Shown: positions 8,227 through 17,450 of the stretch, piece by piece | Layout of the letters: the number at the start of each line of letters is the position of its first letter | Position numbering within the stretch: the stretch's first letter is position 1 | Assembly: GCA_028279745.1 (NCBI GenBank) | Contig: JANQNC010000001.1 | Span: 960,001-992,000 of the forward strand | Origin: Candidatus Nanoarchaeia archaeon | Lineage (GTDB): Archaea > Nanobdellota > Nanobdellia > Woesearchaeales > JANQNC01 | DNA: 32,000 nt | Reading direction: 5' to 3' | Position numbers and translations under genes: made by a program | The notes under the pieces: model-generated | The model's database searches: none | Seen by the model: only the letters and a program-made list of their open reading frames with translations | Told to the model about the DNA's origin: nothing

Positions 8227-11200
8227 CTAAACTTTTAGACTAGTAATCTTACTAATCCCATGTTCATTCATACTGATCCCATAAAGAATGTCCGCAGATG
8301 AGATAACTGCATCGTTGTGGCTGATAATAATATATTGTGCTTTATCGCAATACTGTTTAACTAATCCCGCTAGTTTCTCAGCGTTACTCTTGTCAAGAGC
8401 AGCATCAACCTCATCCAGAATGTAGAATGAAGCAGGTTCATATTCCTGAACTGCAAAAATAAAAGCCAAAGCAGTAATTGTTTTCTCACCACCGCTTAAA
8501 CTCTTAATATCCATGAATTTGTTTGTAGAAAGCTTAACTTTGAATGAGACTCCTCCGTCAAACACAGTCTCAGGATTTTCTAACTCAAGGAAAGCCTGGC
8601 CTTTTTTAGACAACGAACTGAATATGTCCTGGAACTTACCATTAATCTCATCAAAAGTCTTCATAAAAATATCTTTCTTCTTAGTTTCAATCTCGTTCAT
8701 AAGTACAAGAACATTCTCTTTTTCCTCTGCAAGTTTATCTTTCTTCTCAAGAAGCTTATTGTACTCTTCTTCTACCTTGTCGTATATCTCTAACGCTCTC
8801 AAGTTAACATTGCTAGAGTTCTCAAGCTTGTACTCTAACTTGTTTATGTCTTTCCTAAGCTCTTCTTCAGTCTTTTTGACATCTGAGAAGTCAATCTTAG
8901 CATAAGGTTCAAATTCTTTAGCAAGTCCTGCAAGCTCAGCACTTACTTTTGCTTTGTCAATATTAACATTATTGACTTTTTGTTCTATTTCTCTGATCCT
9001 GAAATCAAATCCTGCTTTCTTGTCTTCAAACTTCCTGATCTCTTCTTCAAGTTTCTGTCTTTTAGTGAATAATGCTTTGAATTTTGAATAGAACTCTTTA
9101 GCAAACTTCTCTTTCGCAATTAAATCTTCAGTTTTAGTGGTGTTTTCTTCTGTAAGCTTATTGATCTCTTCCTCAAATGATTCAATCTCTTTAGTGTGTT
9201 GTTTAAGAATCTTCACGATGCTTTCTTTCTCTGACTTAAGCATGTTGTTGATTTGAACATCAAAATTCTTAACATCTGCAGTAAGATGTATAATCTTCTC
9301 TTTAAGCTCGGATCGTTTGTCTTCAAACGCGTTAAGTTCTGCAATTACTGTGGGGTTTCTTAATTCATTAATCTTATTTCTTAGTTCCTGTTTCTTTATC
9401 TTTCCTTGGGTTAACTCTTTATTAGTATCACTGATATCATCTTGAACCTTATCGACTTCAGTATCAATCTCTTTTATCTTGTTTGTCAAGTCAGTCTTTG
9501 TCTTTTTGAAATCAAGCACATCTTCACCTTGCTTGATGTTAAGCTTATTTTCAAGCGAAAGAATACTTCCTTCCAGCTCAGATTTTTCCTGTCTTAGTTT
9601 AGTAAGAGTTTCATCATTTTCAACCCTTCTTTTTTCAAGAGTTTGAACTACATTAGTCAAATTCTCAACGACTTCTTCGTATTCCTGCATATCTTTAAGG
9701 ACTTCTTCCTCCTTGAAACCAATACCTTTACTTCTTTGTCTGTAGCCACCAATCATCGCACCGCTCATCTCAACTAAGTCACCTTCTAAAGTGACCATCC
9801 TTGTAGTGCCAATACCTATCTTTCTTGCAGTCTCTAAATTATCAACTACAAGAGTGTTTGAGAATACATGTGAGAAAATATTTTTGAACTTATCATCAAA
9901 CTTAACTAGATCAATAGCAAAACCATGAACTCCTTGCTTTTTTCTTAAATCATATACGTCAGCATCGATTAATCTTGTCCTAACTTTGTTTAGAGGAAGG
10001 AAAGTAGCAATACCTAGCCTGTTTTTCTTAAGGTGTTCAATGCATTTTTTAGCAATCAAATCATCTTCAACAACAAGACTTCTAATCCTGCCTCCAGCAG
10101 CAACCTCTAAAGCAAGAGCGTATTTCTTATTAACCTGGCCTAAATCAGAGACAGTACCAAAAATGCCTTTATCTTTCTTGCCCATATCGATAATCTCATT
10201 GATGGCAGTGCCGCCTTGAACTTTCTCTCTTATGCTTATGTTTCTTGCCTTTAACTTAGCAAGTTCATCATTAGATTTAGCAAGCTTTATCCTAGAGTTT
10301 GCAATCTGAGATGCTAAAGAAGAGTCTTCATTAAGAGCAGTAGAAAGTTCTGATGCAACCGTTTTAAATCTTAGCCTCTTGTCTTTTAGTTCTCCTATCT
10401 GCTGTTTGTTCTCTTTTTCGATAGCAGCGACTTCATCAATCTTCTCATCAAATGACCCAATCATAAACTCCGTCTTATCTTTTTCTCTAAGCAACTCTTG
10501 CTGTTTTTCTCTTAACTCATGAATTTTCTTTTGTAGGTCTTCACTCTGCTTATCGATATCTTCAATATCTTTTTCAATATTTTCAGTATCTTCGCTAATC
10601 TTGTGTTTTTTCTTGAACTGTTCAATGCTGTTCTCTATCTGGTTAAGGGACGATTCAGAATCAGTCTTATCTTTTACCAAACCTTCTTTTTCGGCTTCTA
10701 ATCTTGATATCTTTTCATCAACTTCAGCAATACTCTCATCCAGCTGTTTTTTTCTTTCTTTGACTTTTTCAATCTCGTTCTTATCAGATTCTATCTTGGT
10801 CTTATTAGTTGCAACTTCTATCCTAAGCCTTTCCATCTCTTTGTTAAGTTTAACCTGTTCAACTTCACCTTTCTCTTCAATTTCATTGTTAATCTCCTTA
10901 ATCCCTGAGTCTCTTTCATCAATTCCAGACTTAGTCTCTTCAATCTTTTCTCTTAACTCAGTAATGTTATCATTATGCTTCTTAAGTCTAGCTTCCTGTT
11001 CTTCTTTGACTTTTTCTTTTTGCGCAATCTGCTTGCTAAGATAGGATGCTTTGTACTTTTCCAAAGTTCCCTTTAGTGATTTGAACTCTAAAGCTTCATC
11101 TCTGTCTTTCTTTAGTTCCTTAAGATAAGTTGCTCTCTCAGAAAGAACTATGTCTGCTTCACCAAGCTTGGTCTCAACTTTTTCCAGCTCTTTCAGCGCT

Positions 11201-11730
11201 TTATTTTTCTTTTCTTCATAAACACCAATACCTGCGATCTCTTCAACGATCATCCTCTTATCAACAGAAGACATATCAACAAATTTGACAATATCTCCCT
11301 GAAGAATTATGTTATGGCCCTCAGGATCAACTTTAGCTAAAGCCATCATGTCAAGAATTTGCTGTCTAGTTCTGGTTTGGTTATTAATCTTATATTTTGA
11401 CTGGCCGTTTGGTCTAACAATTCTAGTGATCTTAACTTCAGGGTCTTCAACAGGGAAAAGTTTAGTTGCGTTATCAAAGAAAATGCTAACTTCAGCTTCT
11501 TTAGCGCCCCTTTTAGACTTGCCTCCATTATATACAAGGTTACCAGACTTTTCAGCTCTCATAGCTTTGCTTGAAGACCTTCCCAACACAAATGTAAGTG
11601 CATCTAGAATGTTGCTTTTACCGCTGCCGTTAGGGCCCAAAACAACATTAAAATTGTCGCCAAAAACAAGTTCGGTATGGTTGGCAAAAGACTTAAACCC
11701 CTTCAAAACAAGTCTATTTATCTTAGTCAT
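8227..11730 (-). CDS. smc: SMC chromosome segregation ATPase
   Basis: 1167 aa. Walker A GPNGSGKSN, long K/E-rich coiled coils flanking a central hinge, signature LSGGEKT, Walker B FYILDEVDAALD. Confidence 0.95.
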   Translation of the reverse strand: MTKINRLVLKGFKSFANHTELVFGDNFNVVLGPNGSGKSNILDALTFVLGRSSSKAMRAEKSGNLVYNGGKSKRGAKEAEVSIFFDNATKLFPVEDPEVKITRIVRPNGQSKYKINNQTRTRQQILDMMALAKVDPEGHNIILQGDIVKFVDMSSVDKRMIVEEIAGIGVYEEKKNKALKELEKVETKLGEADIVLSERATYLKELKKDRDEALEFKSLKGTLEKYKASYLSKQIAQKEKVKEEQEARLKKHNDNITELREKIEETKSGIDERDSGIKEINNEIEEKGEVEQVKLNKEMERLRIEVATNKTKIESDKNEIEKVKERKKQLDESIAEVDEKISRLEAEKEGLVKDKTDSESSLNQIENSIEQFKKKHKISEDTENIEKDIEDIDKQSEDLQKKIHELREKQQELLREKDKTEFMIGSFDEKIDEVAAIEKENKQQIGELKDKRLRFKTVASELSTALNEDSSLASQIANSRIKLAKSNDELAKLKARNISIREKVQGGTAINEIIDMGKKDKGIFGTVSDLGQVNKKYALALEVAAGGRIRSLVVEDDLIAKKCIEHLKKNRLGIATFLPLNKVRTRLIDADVYDLRKKQGVHGFAIDLVKFDDKFKNIFSHVFSNTLVVDNLETARKIGIGTTRMVTLEGDLVEMSGAMIGGYRQRSKGIGFKEEEVLKDMQEYEEVVENLTNVVQTLEKRRVENDETLTKLRQEKSELEGSILSLENKLNIKQGEDVLDFKKTKTDLTNKIKEIDTEVDKVQDDISDTNKELTQGKIKKQELRNKINELRNPTVIAELNAFEDKRSELKEKIIHLTADVKNFDVQINNMLKSEKESIVKILKQHTKEIESFEEEINKLTEENTTKTEDLIAKEKFAKEFYSKFKALFTKRQKLEEEIRKFEDKKAGFDFRIREIEQKVNNVNIDKAKVSAELAGLAKEFEPYAKIDFSDVKKTEEELRKDINKLEYKLENSSNVNLRALEIYDKVEEEYNKLLEKKDKLAEEKENVLVLMNEIETKKKDIFMKTFDEINGKFQDIFSSLSKKGQAFLELENPETVFDGGVSFKVKLSTNKFMDIKSLSGGEKTITALAFIFAVQEYEPASFYILDEVDAALDKSNAEKLAGLVKQYCDKAQYIIISHNDAVISSADILYGISMNEHGISKITSLKV

Positions 11731-11817
11731 CTGTATATAAAAAAGAAGGTTGGCTATATATAAAGTTTTTGATTAGTTATTGGGGAGAAAAGAGATTAAT
11801 CACTAACTGGTTGAGTA

Positions 11818-12483
11818 TCAGAACTCACCTAAACTCTTCTGGTCTTTTGCATCTGCTACTTTTTTGTAAGAAGCCCAAGTCTGTCTAAATATTTTTTTAT
11901 GCTTTTTCCAGCTCTTTTCCAAGAATTCTTTAGTTAAAGGATCAGAAGGGTAGCCAGAACCAAAATTAACCTTGATCTTTTTCTTTATCTCTTCAATCAG
12001 TCTATCCCTGGTAACTTTAGCAAGAATAGAAGCAGCACCAACAACAGGATAGATCGCATCTGCTTTGTGTTCTGTGACTAAGTTAGTTTCAACACCCAGT
12101 TTTTCTTTAACATAGTTATTGTAAGCTTCAGGATTATTGCTTGGACAGTCAAGGATAGTCTTATCAGGAATAGGTTTTATGTAGTTCACAATCTCTGCCG
12201 ACTTATCAGCTTCCAACCAGTTTAAGTTACTGTCTTTACTGTTTAAGGTGTCGTCTATTTCGCTAGGTTCAATGACAAGAATGACATGATTCTTAGCAAT
12301 CTCCTGAACAGTTTCGAATAATTCCTCTCTTTTGTGAGGGAGAATGTCCTTGCTATCTTTAACGCCAATATTTCTAAGCCTTTCTTCATCTTTCTCATCA
12401 ATCAAGACCCCTGCAATAACTAAAGGACCAATAACTGGGCCTCTTCCAGCCTCATCAATGCCAAGTACTAATGCCATAAGCAT
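11818..12483 (-). CDS. rnhB: Ribonuclease HII
   Basis: GIDEAGRGPVIGPLV catalytic motif, a DSK motif, and archaeal-size length (about 220 aa). Confidence 0.9.
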   Translation of the reverse strand: MLMALVLGIDEAGRGPVIGPLVIAGVLIDEKDEERLRNIGVKDSKDILPHKREELFETVQEIAKNHVILVIEPSEIDDTLNSKDSNLNWLEADKSAEIVNYIKPIPDKTILDCPSNNPEAYNNYVKEKLGVETNLVTEHKADAIYPVVGAASILAKVTRDRLIEEIKKKIKVNFGSGYPSDPLTKEFLEKSWKKHKKIFRQTWASYKKVADAKDQKSLGEF

Positions 12484-12557
12484 ATTTTGTGAGGTGGAGT
12501 TTTTAAGCTTTAGTCTTTTTCAAAACAAAAAGTATATAAATAATCAATCACGATTCT

Positions 12558-12881
12558 ATGTGTATGGTAGATATAAAATATTTAGGGATGGAAGATCTTA
12601 ATGAGGAAGAGCAAAACCTAACAAAACAGTTATCAGAAGAGTACTTCGAAAGAATACAAAGAGATCTGAAAAACGAGCTTTGTTTAATAGCGCATATAAA
12701 AGTTATGAACACAGGGGGAGAACGTAAAGAGTTCTCAATCTCAGTAAGAACCGAAGCACCATTACAGATCATAGAAGCTAGTGAAGAAGATTGGAACTTA
12801 GAGGTTGGATTGCATAAAGCATACAAAAAACTTGAAAAAGAGATACAACACAAATTCCACACTGACAGACAGCATGATTAG
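12558..12881 (+). CDS. Ribosome hibernation factor-like protein (HPF/RaiA/S30AE-like)
   Basis: About 105 aa. The pattern (V-I-ylG-m-L, a central FSISV strand, then IEASEEDWNLEVGLHKAYKKLEKEIQHKFH) resembles the S30AE family C-terminal helix (seDmY-aID-a-dKLerQl-KhK). The start may be the Met at 12564. Confidence 0.5.
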   Translation: MCMVDIKYLGMEDLNEEEQNLTKQLSEEYFERIQRDLKNELCLIAHIKVMNTGGERKEFSISVRTEAPLQIIEASEEDWNLEVGLHKAYKKLEKEIQHKFHTDRQHD

Positions 12882-12885
12882 TTCT

Positions 12886-12905
12886 AAAAAAGGCAAGCCT
12901 TTTTT
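12886..12905 (+). terminator. Short hairpin followed by a T-run, after the HPF-like gene
   Basis: AAAAAGGC-AA-GCCTTTTT followed by more T. Confidence 0.35.
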
Positions 12906-12981
12906 ATCTAGCAAACAACATAAAATGTTATTTGCTATTCTAGACAATAACTTTATAAACTAAAAATCTAGTTAGAAGTAT

Positions 12982-13647
12982 ATGCAAAAAATAATAGACA
13001 TAACAAAACTGTCGAAGTCTTATGATGATAAAGAAGTTGTGCTTAAGGATATTTCGCTAAGCGTAAAGAAAAAAGAAAACATACTGATAATGGGCAGATC
13101 GGGAGCAGGAAAGACGACACTGTTTAAAGTAATCGGATGTTTAGAAAAACCATCAAAAGGAAAAGTAAAAGTTCTAGGAAAAGATGTAACTAAGTTGACA
13201 ATGGATGAGATGTCACAATTGAGATTAACGGAGATAGGTTTTATATTTCAGGACTTTAATCTATTGCCTCACTTAACAGCGTATGAAAATATGGAGTTGG
13301 TTATGAATCTTGCAGGAAAGAATGAAACAAATAACAGAATAATGAAACTACTGAAAGACATGGGCATACAAAAAAAGAAAAATAGTTTGCCATCAGAGAT
13401 GAGTGGTGGTGAAGTAAGAAGGTTGACGATTGCAAGAGCACTAGCAAATAACCCAAAAGTTGTGTTGGCGGATGAGCCTACATCTAATTTGGATGAGAAA
13501 AATTCTAAGAATATAATGAAGCTATTGCTTTCGCTTAATAAAAAGTATAATACGAGCATAATAACAATTTCCCACGATCCTCTTGTTAAGAAGTACTTTA
13601 GAAAAAAGTATGAGCTTAGAGATGGCAAACTGAAAAAGGTGCGTTAG
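12982..13647 (+). CDS. ABC transporter ATP-binding protein (MacB/LolD/FtsE-like)
   Basis: Walker A GRSGAGKTT, Q-loop FIFQDFNL, signature MSGGEVRR, Walker B VVLADEPTSNLD, H-loop ISHD. TTTATAAA at 12953-12960 sits about 25 nt upstream of the ATG, suggesting a leaderless mRNA. Confidence 0.9.
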   Translation: MQKIIDITKLSKSYDDKEVVLKDISLSVKKKENILIMGRSGAGKTTLFKVIGCLEKPSKGKVKVLGKDVTKLTMDEMSQLRLTEIGFIFQDFNLLPHLTAYENMELVMNLAGKNETNNRIMKLLKDMGIQKKKNSLPSEMSGGEVRRLTIARALANNPKVVLADEPTSNLDEKNSKNIMKLLLSLNKKYNTSIITISHDPLVKKYFRKKYELRDGKLKKVR

Positions 13648-15173
13648 AACCTGCTTCTTCTAAAAATTACAATTGCAGAAATCATTGAAGTGATAAGAGT
13701 GAAAGCTAAAGTGATTATTATGACATGAATGTTCAGTATAGGGTTAATTATTGAAGAACCCAACCCAATCAATGAAAGTTTTGACATTATAAGGAGAATA
13801 CTAAATCCAATAAGGATGCCCAGAAATGATGCAAGTAATGTAGCAATAACTAATCTGAATAAGAACATAGTAGAGATCTGACTATGTTTGCCGCCCACTT
13901 TAGAAATCATAGCTAACTCTTTCCTAGACTCAAAGATCATATTAGCAACAGAGCTGAAAATAGCAAAAATGCTAGTTATTATTACAATAACGGTGATAAC
14001 TGCAAAAACATAGATGGCTTCTTTGAATCCTTTTGTTACTAAAAGTGTTAAAACATCAGAGTTGTCTTTTAGTGAAACTGAAACAGAAGGTATATCTTTG
14101 ACTGGTTCGGGAGTTGTTTGTTTTGGTGGGAGGTCTGTTGTGTTAGGTTCTTCTTTAACTTCGGGTTTGGCAGATGTGTCTGTTAGTTCTTCTGCATCTG
14201 CATTTTCTTCTTTAATTTCTATGTTAGGCTCCTCTGGCGCTTCTTCACGTTTTTCAGGAGGGGGAATATCTTCAATCTCTTCTTCAGGCAAATCTTCTTT
14301 GATCTTTTCAATCTCTTCTTTGACATAATCTTCTCTGTCAATCGCTTCACCAACCTCCTCAACAGCTTCTTGGATGTACTCTTTTGCAGAAGGCTTGTAA
14401 CCTAAGAATCTTTTTACTCTTTCTACAAGACTTAATTCTTCTGTTGGGGTGGTAAGCGAGTTTTGAACTGTGTTTTTATCGAGAAGAACAGACGAAACAT
14501 CATAAACAGGAGAAGCAGTTATTTTTTTCAAGTCATCTTCTTTAAACAAGGAGTTGTTAACTTTAAGCCGGGCAACAGAGAAATAATCTTTTTTCGGATT
14601 GATGTCTAGGTTCCAGACACTCTCTAAAGGAATCAGAATTTCGGAATCCATCAAAGAGTACGTTTTGAATATGCCTTTTACTTTAAAGACACCGTAAGTG
14701 CTGATTCTCGCAGAAGGTATTATGAAAGTATCATTCACATTAAGATCTAGTTTTTTTGCAATGTCTTCTCCAATCAATGCAGAGTCGAAATCGTTTTCAG
14801 TGATTAGTTCTCCTTCTTTGAGCTCAAAATACTCAGATAGTACAAAGGTATTGTGAGTTATGCCTCTGATTATTACTGGCTGATCCTTAACAAAACTATA
14901 AACAAAAGATTCAGGGCTGACAATGCTTACACCTTCAAGGTTTTTGAAGTGATCAATAGTGCTTAGATGAAGCTGACTATTCCTAAAAGAATAAGCGCCT
15001 TCCTGAAAAACATAAATTGTATCTTCACCAATGTAGTCATCCATATAGTTCATAATAAACAAGAATGAAGAGAAAACACTGAATAAAAGAGCAGTAACGA
15101 GGCATAAACTAAACAAACCAAGCAAAAGACGCTTGTTAGGAACAATCCTTGTTTTTAGTAATTTAATGTTCAT
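13644..15173 (-). CDS. FtsX/MacB-type ABC permease with a long acidic, Pro-rich insertion
   Basis: N-terminal TM helix, large extracytoplasmic domain, C-terminal 3-TM FtsX-like bundle. Low-complexity E/P/K-rich segment at roughly 14079-14366. Its stop overlaps the convergent ATPase stop. Confidence 0.75.
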   Translation of the reverse strand: MNIKLLKTRIVPNKRLLLGLFSLCLVTALLFSVFSSFLFIMNYMDDYIGEDTIYVFQEGAYSFRNSQLHLSTIDHFKNLEGVSIVSPESFVYSFVKDQPVIIRGITHNTFVLSEYFELKEGELITENDFDSALIGEDIAKKLDLNVNDTFIIPSARISTYGVFKVKGIFKTYSLMDSEILIPLESVWNLDINPKKDYFSVARLKVNNSLFKEDDLKKITASPVYDVSSVLLDKNTVQNSLTTPTEELSLVERVKRFLGYKPSAKEYIQEAVEEVGEAIDREDYVKEEIEKIKEDLPEEEIEDIPPPEKREEAPEEPNIEIKEENADAEELTDTSAKPEVKEEPNTTDLPPKQTTPEPVKDIPSVSVSLKDNSDVLTLLVTKGFKEAIYVFAVITVIVIITSIFAIFSSVANMIFESRKELAMISKVGGKHSQISTMFLFRLVIATLLASFLGILIGFSILLIMSKLSLIGLGSSIINPILNIHVIIITLAFTLITSMISAIVIFRRSRF

Positions 15174-16258
15174 CGTGCTTTCCTCTTGTGATTAAACTTA
15201 AACCTTGAAGCTTTGTGCGCAATATAGAGTGAGCTTAAGAAACCAGTTGCTACACTTATTATGAATGCATATCCGACTGTAGCAAAAGAGGTTACAGGCC
15301 AGATAATGTCACTTCTGCTAATCAATCCAAATATAACCATTAATGCATTAGAGATTAAGAATCCTAAGATGGTGCCTGCAAAGAATCCTGCAAGAGCAAG
15401 AACAACAGTCTCTAAAACAATCAACCACATTATGTTGTTCTGCTTCATACCGATGTTTAACAGGAGCTTAATCTCATTTCTTCTCTCATAAATTGTGATA
15501 TTCATAAGGTTGATTAAAGACAGGAGAATTATGGTTGCTATAACGATTAAAATTTGACTTAATGATTTTTCAAGAAGCACAGCACTTTCTTTGAAGTAAG
15601 AAGAGACAGCACCACCTCTTACAGTTGTTGCAGTATAATCATATCTGGTTAATAGGTTTTCAAGATCATCATAATTTCTATAACTGACAACAACTTCAAC
15701 CAAGTTATATTCATTGTCTAAGTCAGGGATTATGAAAGAAGGGTTAATACCTCTCCAAGGAGCAAACAAACCAGAGATGATGAAAGTTTTCCCATTAATC
15801 TGGACAGAGTCATTAACTTTTAGACTATTCTTTTTAGCAAATATCTCATCAATGATAACTTCATCTGTTTTATTGAATAACTGTCCAGTGTGGATATTCA
15901 CAGCAGGTCGTTCTATGATGTGGTTAAAGTTTCTAAATGTTTTGAGGTCAACATGTTTGACAAAAATATCTTTATTATTGAAACTTTCTTCAGTCAGAAG
16001 TGCAGGATTTGCAAAATATACATTTTTTGTTCTTACAACTTTATTGAAAAAAGATTTATCTGCCGTTTGGTTGATGAAAACAGGAACCATTGTCCTGTAA
16101 ACTTTACCTTCATACCTTTCGTAAACTTTCTCACTTACACCATCCATAATAGAAAAAGTTGAAACAAAAAGCATAACAACTAACGCAATCGGGAAAACAA
16201 TAAGAAAAGACCCAACTTTATTCCTAAGAATATTTTTCTTAATAAGTTTGTCTATCAT
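15170..16258 (-). CDS. FtsX/MacB-type ABC permease
   Basis: N-terminal TM helix, extracytoplasmic domain, C-terminal TM bundle. 4-nt overlap with the downstream permease gene. TTTATAAATA at 16290-16299 lies upstream. Confidence 0.75.
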   Translation of the reverse strand: MIDKLIKKNILRNKVGSFLIVFPIALVVMLFVSTFSIMDGVSEKVYERYEGKVYRTMVPVFINQTADKSFFNKVVRTKNVYFANPALLTEESFNNKDIFVKHVDLKTFRNFNHIIERPAVNIHTGQLFNKTDEVIIDEIFAKKNSLKVNDSVQINGKTFIISGLFAPWRGINPSFIIPDLDNEYNLVEVVVSYRNYDDLENLLTRYDYTATTVRGGAVSSYFKESAVLLEKSLSQILIVIATIILLSLINLMNITIYERRNEIKLLLNIGMKQNNIMWLIVLETVVLALAGFFAGTILGFLISNALMVIFGLISRSDIIWPVTSFATVGYAFIISVATGFLSSLYIAHKASRFKFNHKRKAR

Positions 16259-16310
16259 CCTCTTTTGAAATAATAACTAAAAATGTTATTTATAAATCTT
16301 GTTAAGGAAA

Positions 16311-16332
16311 ATGACGCTGGGAGGGAGCTTTT
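16311..16332 (-). repeat. Degenerate copy of the tRNA-Ser 3' end (candidate distal att-like repeat)
   Basis: Plus-strand ATGACGCTGGGAGGGAGCTTTT compared with 21870-21892 ATGACGCCGGGAGGGGGACTTTC: 19 matches over 22 aligned columns plus one 1-nt gap, same orientation. An additional shared TCTCACT lies at 16370-16376 and 21891-21897. Confidence 0.4.
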
Positions 16333-16485
16333 AGGCTCAATTCCAACGCCTACGGCAGATTAATATATGTCTCACTTAGCAAAAACTGGTCTGTAGAGTA
16401 AATATTTAAATTAATCGGTTTATAAAGAGCATTTAAGGGCTATGCAGGTTTAAGTCTTAAGTATTCAAATTTCTTATATTTGGTC

Positions 16486-16575
16486 TTATTGTGCTTTGCG
16501 ATCTTGCTCATGTAATGATTGATCTTTTGCAATCGCTTTCTTGACTTTTTCGTCTATGCTTAGTTCTTCATTCAT
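16486..16575 (-). CDS. Possible 29-aa micro-ORF (MNEELSIDEKVKKAIAKDQSLHEQDRKAQ)
   Basis: Not in the supplied track. ATG (complement of 16573-16575) is preceded by AAGAGGA 6 nt upstream, and the ORF lies directly downstream of the 16588 gene. Too short to be confident. Confidence 0.25.
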   Translation of the reverse strand: MNEELSIDEKVKKAIAKDQSLHEQDRKAQ

Positions 16576-16587
16576 TTTTTATTCCTC

Positions 16588-17034
16588 TTAATCTTTTGGC
16601 CATATACCAAATCTTCCTTCATGAAATTCCTCTTCATTTCTGATACCTTCAATTTCATCTAAAGAAGGTTTTAGAGAACCTTTTGGTGCATCAAGAGGAT
16701 CTTTATATGCAAAATCTTTTGGTTTATGATAGTTCTGTTCGATTATATCTTCAAATCGAACAACTCCTTTATCTCTTAAATTTATTTCACCTTCGTTATG
16801 AAGCTTTTTTAGGTGTTCCCAAATTCCGTCTTGTGTGTAAAAAGCATATGGTGTTTTACTTAATCCTAATTTCTTAGAATTGTATACGTGATCTTTTAAC
16901 ATTCTTCTTACACTACCTGAATGAAAATCTGTTAACCATAAATACATCCACCGAGTTTCTTTAGCAGTGTATACATTTTTTCCAAGTTTAGCAGATACTC
17001 TTTCCCTTATCTCTTCTGGAACTACTGAGCTCAT
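16588..17034 (-). CDS. Hypothetical protein (148 aa)
   Basis: Start moved from 17085 to the ATG at 17034 (MSSVVPEE...), which follows a G-rich SD-like tract (complement of 17042-17049) and removes the overlap with the upstream gene. No motif recognised. Confidence 0.55.
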   Translation of the reverse strand: MSSVVPEEIRERVSAKLGKNVYTAKETRWMYLWLTDFHSGSVRRMLKDHVYNSKKLGLSKTPYAFYTQDGIWEHLKKLHNEGEINLRDKGVVRFEDIIEQNYHKPKDFAYKDPLDAPKGSLKPSLDEIEGIRNEEEFHEGRFGIWPKD

Positions 17035-17060
17035 TTTCTTTCCCCCCCCTATCAGTCTGA

Positions 17061-17447
17061 TTATGAAAAGTGTCCCCCTATACAATCTGATTCTTGTCTA
17101 CGTAATGTGTATAGATGAAGTCTTGTATTGGGATCTTTTTTTATTTCCCAGTTGTATCTTGAGTGTGTAACATTCAGCATTTTTTCTACGTATGGCATTG
17201 CTTCTTTAACGTTGTCATACATGTTGTTTTCAACAAAAAGTTCTGCAAGTTCTTCTTTTGAGTATAATGGAGAATATCTAAAATCAGTTATTATTAACCC
17301 GATCTCTGATAAGAGATTCCTTATAGGATTTCTTTTGCTCAACAGTATCTTTTCTAATTTATCGAATGCAAGATCTCTTCTTTCCGATTCTCGAAAAGTA
17401 TTTTTTTTAGTGCTTAGCACAGCGTTCATTATGTTTTTGTTGTTCAT
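17061..17447 (-). CDS. Hypothetical protein (128 aa)
   Basis: Ordinary K/E/N-rich composition, unlike the L/S/F-rich plus-strand ORF that overlaps it. 3-nt gap to the upstream gene. Confidence 0.55.
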   Translation of the reverse strand: MNNKNIMNAVLSTKKNTFRESERRDLAFDKLEKILLSKRNPIRNLLSEIGLIITDFRYSPLYSKEELAELFVENNMYDNVKEAMPYVEKMLNVTHSRYNWEIKKDPNTRLHLYTLRRQESDCIGGHFS

Positions 17448-17450
17448 TTT

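Noticed and set aside
8227-11730. Apparent repetitiveness of the K/E-rich smc coiled-coil region
   Set aside because: It reflects heptad-type amino-acid bias, not DNA tandem repeats. No exact nucleotide periodicity was seen.
8513-11740. Plus-strand ORFs within smc (8513-8905, 9986-10219, 10601-11044, 11309-11740) and minus-strand 11346-11537 in another frame
   Set aside because: smc is unambiguous across the whole interval. The overlapping ORFs are S/L/F-rich antisense or off-frame artefacts.
12344-12862. ORFs 12344-12601 (+) and 12548-12862 (-)
   Set aside because: The first is antisense to rnhB. The second is antisense to the HPF-like ORF, which has the family-like C-terminal helix and normal composition.
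13269-16162. ORFs antisense to the ABC genes (13269-13628, 14014-14328, 15261-15491, 15714-16100, 15890-16162)
   Set aside because: They overlap genes with Walker/ABC motifs or FtsX-type topology, and their translations are low-complexity.
16311-16470. Possibility that the tRNA-like fragment at 16311 is a complete tRNA gene or a 3' half of a split tRNA
   Set aside because: Only the last roughly 13 nt of a tRNA (T-stem 3' strand, acceptor 3' strand, discriminator) are present. There is no GGGAG-TTCAAAT T-arm upstream, and no complementary GCTGGGA acceptor strand anywhere in the window. A trans-spliced half cannot be fully excluded without the whole genome.
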